Shown here: positions 16,956 through 24,816 of the stretch, in pieces
Layout of the letters: the number at the start of each line of letters is the position of its first letter
How positions within the stretch are numbered: position 1 is the stretch's first letter
From: Ktedonobacterales bacterium
GTDB taxonomy: Bacteria; Chloroflexota; Ktedonobacteria; Ktedonobacterales; JADMIN01
Assembly: GCA_030167145.1 (NCBI GenBank)
Contig: CP126532.1
Coordinates: 2,550,001-2,582,000 of the forward strand
DNA: 32,000 bases
Direction: 5' to 3'
Translations under genes and position numbers: made by a program
The notes under the pieces: generated by a model
What the model was told of the DNA's origin: nothing
Databases searched by the model: none
What the model saw: only the letters and a program-made list of their open reading frames with translations

Positions 16956-17720
16956 ATGCCGCTCACCATCGGCCTCGCACAGATGCGTTGCGAGAAGGGC
17001 GCTATCGCCGCGAATCTTGCCGCCATCCAGCGCACGCTACAGGCAAGCGCGGACCAAGGCGTGGATATCCTGTGCTTTCCCGAAGCCAGCATCACCGGCT
17101 ACAATGACCCCACACACTACCCTGACGCCCTGCTCGCGCTGGATGGATTGGAAGTCGTTCGCTTCGTCGCACTCACCAACGAGACCTCAATCACCGTGCT
17201 CGCCGGACTACTCGAAGCGAATCCAGCGGGCAAGCCCTATATCACGCAGATCGTCGCACGCGCCGGAAAATTGCTCGGCTTCTATCGCAAGCGCACGATA
17301 CCCGCTGACGAGGCCCACTTGTTCGCGCCTGGTCCAACAGCAGCGCCCATCTTCCCGCATCCTACCGCGCCCTTTGGTATCTCCATCTGCGCCGACATCG
17401 AGAGCGCAGCGGTCTTCGCGGAGAGCGCCCGCCACGGCGCGCGACTCATCTTCGAGGCGGCGGCTCCTGGTTTGTATGGCGCGCAAGAGACCCGAGACTG
17501 GCGCGCTGGGTACGAATGGTGGCGCGGCGAATGCTTCACCAAGCTGGCGCGCTATGCCCGCGAGAACAATGTCCACATCGCGGTTGCAACCCAAGCGGGC
17601 AGAACGAGCGATGAAGACTTCCCCGGCGGCGGGTACGTCTTCGCTCCGGATGGCACGTGCCTCGCCGAAACCCCTGATTGGTCCGAAGGCATTCTCTACA
17701 CTACGCTCCCGCTTTCCTGA
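16956..17720 (+). CDS. Carbon-nitrogen hydrolase (nitrilase superfamily)
   Basis: Glu-Lys-Cys triad context: LCFPEASITGY, GFYRKRTIP, FGISICADI. It starts 18 nt after the pentapeptide gene's stop. Confidence 0.85.
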   Translation: MPLTIGLAQMRCEKGAIAANLAAIQRTLQASADQGVDILCFPEASITGYNDPTHYPDALLALDGLEVVRFVALTNETSITVLAGLLEANPAGKPYITQIVARAGKLLGFYRKRTIPADEAHLFAPGPTAAPIFPHPTAPFGISICADIESAAVFAESARHGARLIFEAAAPGLYGAQETRDWRAGYEWWRGECFTKLARYARENNVHIAVATQAGRTSDEDFPGGGYVFAPDGTCLAETPDWSEGILYTTLPLS

Positions 17721-17730
17721 AGCGCGAGAC

Positions 17731-18288
17731 CTACCTGTATACCCGCGCTACGGCAGCCGAAAATCCTGGCAGCACGTCATAGCCGTCCAGCATATCATCC
17801 TCGCGCAGCGTCGCCAGCGGCATATCAGGGCGATACACCTCAATCTCGCGCCGCTGCGGCCATGCCACCAGCACCAGTCGCACCCCCACACGCAGCCACA
17901 TCGCCACCTTCTCGCCGATCTCCGCCACGCGGTCTCCTGACGACACCACCTCCGCCACCAGATCAGGCATCACCGACACCCACCCCGGTTTTCCCGATGG
18001 CGCGGGCACACGCTCCTTGCGAATAAACGCGAAATCTGGCGCGCGCACCGTATCGGGGTCCCGCTCGATGAGAAAACCTGTTCCAGCCGCATACACCTCC
18101 CCCAGAGTATGCGCCAGAACATAATGCCCCAGGATTACTCCCAAATGTATTGCGATTTCTCCGTGGTCGCCAAAGGCCGGTGGCTGTGCGGCGATTGTCC
18201 CACCTATCAATTCCGTCCGCAAGCCGGTCCGCGGTAGCGCCGCGAATTCCGCAGCCGTGAGAAGACGCTTATACGGCAGAGTAGGCAT
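17731..18288 (-). CDS. Uma2-family (DUF820) putative restriction-endonuclease-fold protein
   Basis: PD-(D/E)xK-like core PDFAFIRKERVP...PDLVAEVVSSGD, and the C-terminal EKVAMWLRVGVRLVLVAWPQRREIEVY typical of Uma2. Trimmed to the ATG at 18286-18288 (MPTLPYKRLLTAAEF). Confidence 0.85.
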   Translation of the reverse strand: MPTLPYKRLLTAAEFAALPRTGLRTELIGGTIAAQPPAFGDHGEIAIHLGVILGHYVLAHTLGEVYAAGTGFLIERDPDTVRAPDFAFIRKERVPAPSGKPGWVSVMPDLVAEVVSSGDRVAEIGEKVAMWLRVGVRLVLVAWPQRREIEVYRPDMPLATLREDDMLDGYDVLPGFSAAVARVYR

Positions 18289-18298
18289 GGCATGCTTC

Positions 18299-19081
18299 TC
18301 ACTTTTCCAGCCGCGCACGCACGCGCCCGGCATCCATCCGCACGCCAATACGGCTGATCAACTCGCCCTCGAAGTGAAACACCACGGCGCCGCTCTGGTA
18401 GATTGCTCTGCCATCTGGAAGCATCCAGCGCGATGTCTGGCGCACGGCGAGTCCCTGTGGCAACCCATAGACCGCGATATTCTCCACCTGCACATCGGGC
18501 ACATGCAAGACGACGCTCTCGATATACGCGCGAAATTGCGCTCTGCCCACCGTCGTTTCGCCAAAGGCTGTGCTGCGTGGCGGCTCATGCACTATCTGCT
18601 CTGTGCAGAGATTCACAATCCCATCCCAATCCCGCGCATTGAGTGCCGCAAAGTAGTGTTGCACTATCGCTGCCTGCCGCTCCTGCTCCGACGTAAGCGA
18701 CGTATTGAGGCACTCCGCCACCCGTGTGAAGAGATCATCCAACTCAAACGGCTTGGCCAGAAAGAACGCGAACCCCCGCCGTCGCACCTCTTCCTCCGTC
18801 ACCTCCCATCCACTCGTCACCGCCACTGGAGTCGGCTGTGCTCGGTTGCGCAGCGCCTCAACCGTGCTGAGTGGATCATGCGCCGAACTCGAAAAGAGGT
18901 CAGTCAAAATGAGCTGGAACACCTCCCGCTCGACCATCTCCAGCGCAGTGCTCAGTGCCGCCGCAGGCTGCACGCGATAGCCCTCATCGCTCAACGCCAG
19001 CCGCACCGCTTCGCGTAGATCGGCATCGTCCTCGGCCACAAGAATGCGCGCCGACGCGGGCTTGGACGACAGCGACTCCAT
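18299..19081 (-). CDS. Response regulator: receiver domain fused to a SnoaL/NTF2-like domain
   Basis: REC motifs are ILVAEDD, LILTDL (phospho-acceptor Asp) and FLAKPF. The C-terminal ~125 aa (IVQHYFAALNARDWDGIVNLCTEQIV...) fits the SnoaL-like fold. ATG at 19079-19081 follows GGAAGGGGAAG. The stop is 10 nt from the Uma2 start. Confidence 0.8.
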   Translation of the reverse strand: MESLSSKPASARILVAEDDADLREAVRLALSDEGYRVQPAAALSTALEMVEREVFQLILTDLFSSSAHDPLSTVEALRNRAQPTPVAVTSGWEVTEEEVRRRGFAFFLAKPFELDDLFTRVAECLNTSLTSEQERQAAIVQHYFAALNARDWDGIVNLCTEQIVHEPPRSTAFGETTVGRAQFRAYIESVVLHVPDVQVENIAVYGLPQGLAVRQTSRWMLPDGRAIYQSGAVVFHFEGELISRIGVRMDAGRVRARLEK

Positions 19082-19283
19082 CAGTCTTCCCCTTCCCGCG
19101 CCGCTATACCATCCGCATCGCTGTCCATCACCATACCAGCGCAAGACGCCCGCTATCGGGAGGGAACGTCTTGCGTTGTAGTCAGACGCCGCAAAGCTAA
19201 CGGACGGATGAGTGCGCCGCAACGCATCTTCGCCAGATGCATGCTTTCATGAGCATAGGCCAAAATGCGTGCTATGAGCGTCA

Positions 19284-20618
19284 CTATATCATATTCCTTG
19301 CTTGAAGCGGGACGCTCGCAACGGTCGCGGCGCGTTTCGCATGGCGCGAAATGTTGAGCAATACGCCAACCGCCGCCAGCGACATCACCAGCGACGAGCC
19401 ACCAGAGCTGACGAACGGCAGAGGCACCCCAGTAAACGGGATGACCACCACCACTGAGCCAATATTGATGAATGCTTGCCCCACCAACCAGCACGTCATA
19501 CCGCAGGCGAGCAGCGCCCCGTGGGCGTCGGGCGCGTGCCGTCCGATGCGCAGCCCGCGATACGCCAGCAGCGCGAAGAGGCCGATCAGCGCCATACAGC
19601 CGAGCAACCCCAATTCTTCTCCAATCACCGCGAAGATCGAATCCGTAAAGGGATTTGGCAAATATCCAGCCTTCTGCACGCTATCGCCCAACCCCCGCCC
19701 ACCAATGCCTCCCGACCCCAATGAGATCAGTCCCTGACACACCTGCCATGCCCCAGCGCAGCGCGGCGGTAGCGGATTGATGAAGTCATCCAGCCGCGCC
19801 CGGCGGAACGGCGTGCTCACGATCACCAGAAAATACAGCACTCCCCCCAACCCCACCACCGTTAGCACGTGCCAGCCGCGCGCCCCCGCCGCATACAACA
19901 TCGCCAGCGCCAGCAGCGCCACCACCAGCGACGTGCCCATATCATTCTGCACCAGAGTTAACAGCAGCAGCACACAGCCCACGATGCCTCCGAACGGCAG
20001 CAGGCAACGCCACGACCGCACCCCTTCGCCGCGCCGCACCAACCAGTCTGCCAGGAAGATCACCAGCGCAAATTTCGCCAGCTCGCTCGGCTGGAATAAA
20101 AGAAACCACAGGCTCAGCCAGCGCTGCGCTCCGCCTGCTGCGATCCCGAATGGCAGCACCGCCACCACCAGCAGCACCGCCACCACCAGCAGCCAGAGCG
20201 CCACACGACGCCAGCGGGCATACGGCACGCTCGCGGTGGCAATCAACGTAACCGCGCCTACTCCCACCCACCACGCTTGGCGGCGCACCCAGTAGGCCGG
20301 ATCACCGGGCTGATCCAGTTGGCTCGCGCTATACACCATCACCAACCCGCCCACCACCAGCGCCGCAACGCAGAACAGCAATAAACCATCGAAGTCGCCA
20401 AGCCGCCGCAGCGCATGCAACTTACTGGAAGTCGGCGCGCGCATTCCCAGCAGCGGCACGCGCGCCACCGGCGTCGCCGCCACCCGCCGCACTGGCGTCG
20501 AGACCGCCCCGCGCCGCTCTTCGCGCACCACGAAATTACGTGCGAGATCATGCCCCACCCGCAGCGTTCCTCGCGGCTCATCCCGGTCTCTCGCCCGCCG
20601 AAACGTATCCAATCGCAT
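19284..20618 (-). CDS. SEDS-family peptidoglycan polymerase (FtsW/RodA/SpoVE)
   Basis: QPSELAKFALVIFLADWL, FTDSIFAVIGEELGLLG and GVPLPFVSSGGSSL signatures. ATG at 20616-20618 lies 7 nt after AGGAGGAG, which supports the ~60-aa N-terminal extension. Confidence 0.9.
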   Translation of the reverse strand: MRLDTFRRARDRDEPRGTLRVGHDLARNFVVREERRGAVSTPVRRVAATPVARVPLLGMRAPTSSKLHALRRLGDFDGLLLFCVAALVVGGLVMVYSASQLDQPGDPAYWVRRQAWWVGVGAVTLIATASVPYARWRRVALWLLVVAVLLVVAVLPFGIAAGGAQRWLSLWFLLFQPSELAKFALVIFLADWLVRRGEGVRSWRCLLPFGGIVGCVLLLLTLVQNDMGTSLVVALLALAMLYAAGARGWHVLTVVGLGGVLYFLVIVSTPFRRARLDDFINPLPPRCAGAWQVCQGLISLGSGGIGGRGLGDSVQKAGYLPNPFTDSIFAVIGEELGLLGCMALIGLFALLAYRGLRIGRHAPDAHGALLACGMTCWLVGQAFINIGSVVVVIPFTGVPLPFVSSGGSSLVMSLAAVGVLLNISRHAKRAATVASVPLQARNMI

Positions 20619-20823
20619 TGCCCCGCTCCTCCTAACCTCCCGCTATCTCCTCCTGGCTCCTCCCCGCATTTCACATTGGCTCATTGCACAAGCAATGCCA
20701 GAGCGCAGGCACGCTGGCCACGTGCCAGCCCGACCGCGGACCATTCCGCACAGATTTCTGACCACTGGCCAGCCGCACAGCCATATACGATGTCTATAGA
20801 AAATTGAGGGGATGAGGATAACC

Positions 20824-21852
20824 ATGCGTCAGCCACCAAAGATTTCAGCGGACCGTCTCCGCGCCTGTTTACGCGACTACTATCACCTAATCCCCGCCAC
20901 CCTTGATTTTCTCCCCCTCGGACAAGACGACCAGGCCGGCGTCTATCGTATGGTGGGCGAGCAGGGAACACCCTACTTGCTCAAGGTCAAATCTGGCCCA
21001 CTCTACGAACCAGGATGCCTTGTTCCGGGGTATCTCAGGGAGCAAGGCATAACATCAGTGGTAGCGCCTCTGCCCACCACCAGCAAGATATTGTGGGCAC
21101 GCGCAGCGGATTGGACGGTGATCCTCTACCCATTCATCACCGGAGATACCAGTTGGGCGGGAATGACCGCTGCGCAGTGGAAGGAAACGGGCGCCATCTT
21201 CAGGCAGATTCACCAAGTCATCCCGCCGCCGCTCGGCTTTGACTCACTGCGCAAAGAAACCTTCGATCCGACGGACTATGTGCGATGGATACGCGAGTAC
21301 GAAGCCCAACACTTGCAAGCTTACGGCGATAAAAACGCCGCCAGGCGCGACCTTCGCTCCTTGTGGCGAGCGCATCAGTCCACCATTCACATGCTCGTCA
21401 CCTCGCTGGAAACACTGGCGGTGATGCTCCAAAGCCGCGCCCTTTCCTACGTTATCTGCCATGCGGACCTGCACCCAGCCAACTTGCTCCGTGATGAGGC
21501 TGGCCGCGTGGTCGTCATTGATTGGGATGATGTGATGCTGGCCCCTAAGGAGCGCGATTTCATCTTCGTCCAGGAAGCGCCAGCCGATGACACAACCGTA
21601 TCCTCCTCCTCGTCGTTTTTTCAGGGCTACGGCGCAACGGACATTGACTGGCCCGCGCTCACCTACTACCGCTATGAGCGCATCGTGCAAGATGTGATCG
21701 CGTATGCTGCGTTTGCGTTGTTCAGGAACGACGTGGATGAAGAGGCCAGGGCTGATGCCGTCGAATCATTTCGCATCAATTTGACGGAAAACGGTATGCT
21801 CGCCGCCGCTGAGGCGGCAGCAAGCCATCTTCGCGGCCACAGCCCAGAATAA
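20824..21852 (+). CDS. Aminoglycoside/small-molecule phosphotransferase (APH family kinase fold)
   Basis: Brenner motif CHADLHPANLL followed by VVIDWDD. N-lobe YLLKV. ATG at 20824 follows GAGGA; the track start at 20812 has its SD immediately adjacent, which is too close. Confidence 0.8.
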   Translation: MRQPPKISADRLRACLRDYYHLIPATLDFLPLGQDDQAGVYRMVGEQGTPYLLKVKSGPLYEPGCLVPGYLREQGITSVVAPLPTTSKILWARAADWTVILYPFITGDTSWAGMTAAQWKETGAIFRQIHQVIPPPLGFDSLRKETFDPTDYVRWIREYEAQHLQAYGDKNAARRDLRSLWRAHQSTIHMLVTSLETLAVMLQSRALSYVICHADLHPANLLRDEAGRVVVIDWDDVMLAPKERDFIFVQEAPADDTTVSSSSSFFQGYGATDIDWPALTYYRYERIVQDVIAYAAFALFRNDVDEEARADAVESFRINLTENGMLAAAEAAASHLRGHSPE

Positions 21853-23241
21853 GCCGCTCGGCATCCCCACCTGATCGCTCGCGCCGATAGACAACCCGCT
21901 CGTCAGCCAGTGACACCACATCACTGGCTCAGAACGCGTCGCGCTTGGCGTCACCTGCGCCGCTGGCCGTGCGCACCCGCCGCTCGCCCAGCGCATCTGC
22001 CCGCCACCTCGCTGGCTATACGCCTGTATCCCGCCCGGATTCACCACCGCATAGAAATTTTCCGGCGTCTCCAGCATCGGCTGCTGTGGCGCGTTCTCCA
22101 GCACGACCTGCCACAAGGTCTTCCCCGTCGCCGCCGCCAGCGCATTCAGCGTTCCTCCGAGAACCACATGTAGCGCATCTGGCCCCAACGACACCGTATA
22201 CATAGCATTCGGAAATTCCCGCCGCCAGACTCGCGCGCCCGTGCTCGCCCGCGTCGCCTCAATGTACACCTGTGGCGTGCTAACCGCCTCCGGACAATCG
22301 AACGTCACCGTGTAGAGCGTATCCCCCGCGCCCCACACACTGCCGCCGCTCGACCCACACCCCAGCGTGCGCTGCGAAAGCGCTGCGCCCGTCGTTGGAT
22401 TCAGCATGAAAAGCGTTAGTGGCGTCCCTGGGTCTCCCCCCGCCACGGCAAAGAGCCGCTCCCCAGCCAGCGCCAGATTCACCACTTGCGCGTTGCCCGC
22501 CGTCGTGCTGACCAACGGCATACACCACTGCCGCGCGCCATCCGCTTCGCGCAGCGCGCACACCTCACTCGTTTGCGTACTCGCCGTCTCGCGCAACGGC
22601 ACGTAGAGCATCCCTCCCGCCGCCAGCATCTGCGCGCGTCCCATCGCCGGTATCCGCTCGCTCTGCCAAAACACCTGCCCATCCTCTGGACGCACCGCGT
22701 ACACCCCGGTTTGCGCTTCCAGATAGATCACCCCGTCATCCACCAGCGGCACAGCCAGATTTTCCAGCGCCTTGCACCACGCTAGCGTCCCATCCGCCAG
22801 CCGCATCGCGCAGACTTCCCCGGTATTGCCCAGCAGCAGCAGATCGCCAGCCGGCGTGATCGTCCGCACATACAGCGTACCCGCCTGCGCTCCGCGCAGC
22901 GTCACCTGCGCCACCTGCGCGCCATCGCTCGCGCGCAACACACAGATCGCGTTCGTGCCATATACCGGCTGATGAAACCCATACGTGCCCACAATCGGAT
23001 GCACACTCACATACACCACCGGCTCCCCTGGTTCAGCCACCGCCCCCGGCGTATTCGGCCCGCACGATGGCTGCAACGTGGTGGTGCTCATGCGTGGATG
23101 CCTCCACGCCATCAGCACCTCGCAGCTCACCACCAGATAGCACAGCGCGACGATTGCGATAATCGTGATCGCCCGCCCGCGCTTCGAGCGCCTTGGCGCT
23201 TCGCCGCCATCGCTGCTCATCAATCCACCCTCGCGTCTCAT
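21766..23241 (-). CDS. Membrane-anchored PQQ-like (BamB-type) beta-propeller repeat protein
   Basis: Short basic N-tail plus one TM (AITIIAIVALCYLVVS). Repeated DG/TG..xW blade motifs: DGTLAWCKAL, DGQVFWQSE, DGARQWCMPL, TGARVWRREF, TGKTLWQVVL. The alternative start at 23220 has a better-spaced SD. The 3' end overlaps the convergent APH gene by 87 nt. Confidence 0.7.
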   Translation of the reverse strand: MRREGGLMSSDGGEAPRRSKRGRAITIIAIVALCYLVVSCEVLMAWRHPRMSTTTLQPSCGPNTPGAVAEPGEPVVYVSVHPIVGTYGFHQPVYGTNAICVLRASDGAQVAQVTLRGAQAGTLYVRTITPAGDLLLLGNTGEVCAMRLADGTLAWCKALENLAVPLVDDGVIYLEAQTGVYAVRPEDGQVFWQSERIPAMGRAQMLAAGGMLYVPLRETASTQTSEVCALREADGARQWCMPLVSTTAGNAQVVNLALAGERLFAVAGGDPGTPLTLFMLNPTTGAALSQRTLGCGSSGGSVWGAGDTLYTVTFDCPEAVSTPQVYIEATRASTGARVWRREFPNAMYTVSLGPDALHVVLGGTLNALAAATGKTLWQVVLENAPQQPMLETPENFYAVVNPGGIQAYSQRGGGQMRWASGGCARPAAQVTPSATRSEPVMWCHWLTSGLSIGASDQVGMPSGLFWAVAAKMACCRLSGGEHTVFRQIDAK

Positions 23242-23307
23242 TCCCTCGCCACTTCCATAGACATATCGAACGTATTATGCTGTTTGCCCGCCTATCCTCA
23301 CACTCCA

Positions 23308-23324
23308 CCAAAAAATCGCGTATG
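23308..23324 (+). promoter_or_regulatory. Conserved 17-bp motif copy A (CCAAAAAATCGCGTATG), upstream of the ECF sigma gene
   Basis: Exact match to 24643-24659. Flanks are also similar: 7 of 12 upstream nt match, including tCAC..tCC, and a shared GCATC lies 17 nt downstream. It ends 49 nt before the sigma ATG, in the divergent intergenic region. Confidence 0.5.
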
Positions 23325-23373
23325 CTCATCTTCGACTGGCGCATCAACATGGGTAGATGGAGGAACATTCCCT

Positions 23374-24627
23374 ATGCCTATAAGCTCCGCTGCCCTTGTC
23401 CCGCGCCACGCTTCCGCTGCGCCTGTCCCAGCCGCGCATATCGGCGACCCCGAAGTGCGCCTCGCCGCCGCCCGTCCGCGCCTGCTGCGTATCACCCGCA
23501 GCTTCCGCATCCCACCCGACGCCGCCGACGACGTGGTGCAAGAAGCCCTGCTCGCTGCCTGGCGGCATCTCGATCACCTGCGCTCCCGCGAACGCTTCGA
23601 CGCCTGGCTCGATACCATCTGCCGCAACCAGTGCCGTATGTTCCTGCGTGCCCAACGCTCATCCTTGCGCCGCGAACCCTACCGCCTCGATAGCGCCGCC
23701 ACCGACCCCGACGGCGACACTCCCGACCCGCTCGAGCTCGCCGACCCATCGGCCACCGATCCACTCGCATCGCTGGCCGCCCAGGACATCGCCATCCTGC
23801 TTGATCGCGCGCTCAGCTCTCTGCCAGCCCACATGCGCCGCATCCTTGAACTGCACTATCTCCACGGCCTCCCCGCCACCGAGGCCGCGCCATCCCTCGG
23901 TATCAGCGTCGGCGTCCTTGAGGCTCGCCTCCATCGCGCCCGCAAACGCCTGCGCGAGGTGTTCACCGGCCCCCTACGCGACGAAGCCGCCGCCTTCGGC
24001 CTGCTGCCAGCGGACACCAACGCCTGGCAAGAAACCCGCATCTGGTGCCACCACTGCGGCCAGCGCCGTCTCCTCGGCATCTTCGCCACGCTGCCCGATG
24101 GCCGCCGCGAACTGCGCCTGCGCTGCCCCGCCTGCTCGCCACTGCATGGCCGCGACATCATCCGCAGCAAAGGCATTGCCCCGCTCGACGGCCTGCGTGC
24201 CTTCCGTCCCGCCCTCACCCGCACCCTGCATGCCCTCGCCGACCGCACCGCCCACGGCCTCGCCACCGGCTGGGATACCTGTCTCCACTGCGGCCACCCC
24301 GTTCGCCGCCGTGTCGTCATGCCCGACGAATTCCCCGCCAGCCTGCACCCCGCCATCCAGCGCCATTGGGTCGTCGCCGCCTGCGAGCATCCCGGCTGCA
24401 TCGGCCTGGGCGCGTGGCCCGCCATCGAACCCGCCATCTGGTTTCACCCCGCCGCCCAACACTTCATGGCGCAGCATCCCCGCTGGATCACCGCTCCTGA
24501 AGACGAAACCGCATGGCACGGCCTCGCCGCCATCCGCTTCCGCCTCGTAGACTTCGCCAGCGCCGCACGGCTCACCTTCATCGCCGATGCCCACACTCTG
24601 CGCATCCTCGCCACGCTCGACGCCTGA
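23374..24627 (+). CDS. ECF (group 4) sigma-70 factor with a ~220-aa Cys-rich C-terminal extension
   Basis: Region 2 is DDVVQEALLAAWRHLDHLRSRERFDAWLDTICRNQCRMFLR. Region 4 is LPAHMRRILELHYLHGLPATEAAPSLGISVGVLEARLHRARKRLRE. The extension carries WCHHCGQ...LRCPACSP (a Cys4 ribbon-like motif), then CLHCGH...ACEHPGC. ATG at 23374 lies 9 nt after GGAGGA; the track ORF start at 22972 is unsupported. Confidence 0.85.
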   Translation: MPISSAALVPRHASAAPVPAAHIGDPEVRLAAARPRLLRITRSFRIPPDAADDVVQEALLAAWRHLDHLRSRERFDAWLDTICRNQCRMFLRAQRSSLRREPYRLDSAATDPDGDTPDPLELADPSATDPLASLAAQDIAILLDRALSSLPAHMRRILELHYLHGLPATEAAPSLGISVGVLEARLHRARKRLREVFTGPLRDEAAAFGLLPADTNAWQETRIWCHHCGQRRLLGIFATLPDGRRELRLRCPACSPLHGRDIIRSKGIAPLDGLRAFRPALTRTLHALADRTAHGLATGWDTCLHCGHPVRRRVVMPDEFPASLHPAIQRHWVVAACEHPGCIGLGAWPAIEPAIWFHPAAQHFMAQHPRWITAPEDETAWHGLAAIRFRLVDFASAARLTFIADAHTLRILATLDA

Positions 24628-24642
24628 ATCATTCACCATCCT

Positions 24643-24659
24643 CCAAAAAATCGCGTATG
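24643..24659 (+). promoter_or_regulatory. Conserved 17-bp motif copy B, 15 nt after the sigma gene stop and upstream of the alpha/beta hydrolase
   Basis: CCAAAAAATCGCGTATG is identical to 23308-23324 in the same orientation. It is an A-rich island in GC-rich sequence. Confidence 0.5.
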
Positions 24660-24816
24660 TCGCCCATCTCCATCCGCATCTTGGTCATTGAGACACACCT
24701 CGATGCCGCCGCTCACGCGGACCAGGTGTAACGACCAGTGCAGGGGCGAGGCCAGCTTCGCCCTCCGCCGGACGCCCGTATGCCTTACACGGCATGCGCT
24801 CGAACAATGCCATCCC

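Noticed and set aside
19141-19174. 8-bp inverted repeat GCAAGACG-N18-CGTCTTGC, 60-90 nt upstream of the response-regulator start.
   Set aside because: The stem is short and the loop long, in GC-rich DNA. There is no second copy and no associated promoter that I could define.
22972-23373. 134-codon N-terminal extension of the sigma-factor ORF, as given in the track (551 aa).
   Set aside because: The extension overlaps the divergent propeller gene's 5' end. It is Arg/His/Pro-rich with no sigma region 1-like sequence. A GGAGGA-N9-ATG at 23374 gives a standard ECF N-terminus.
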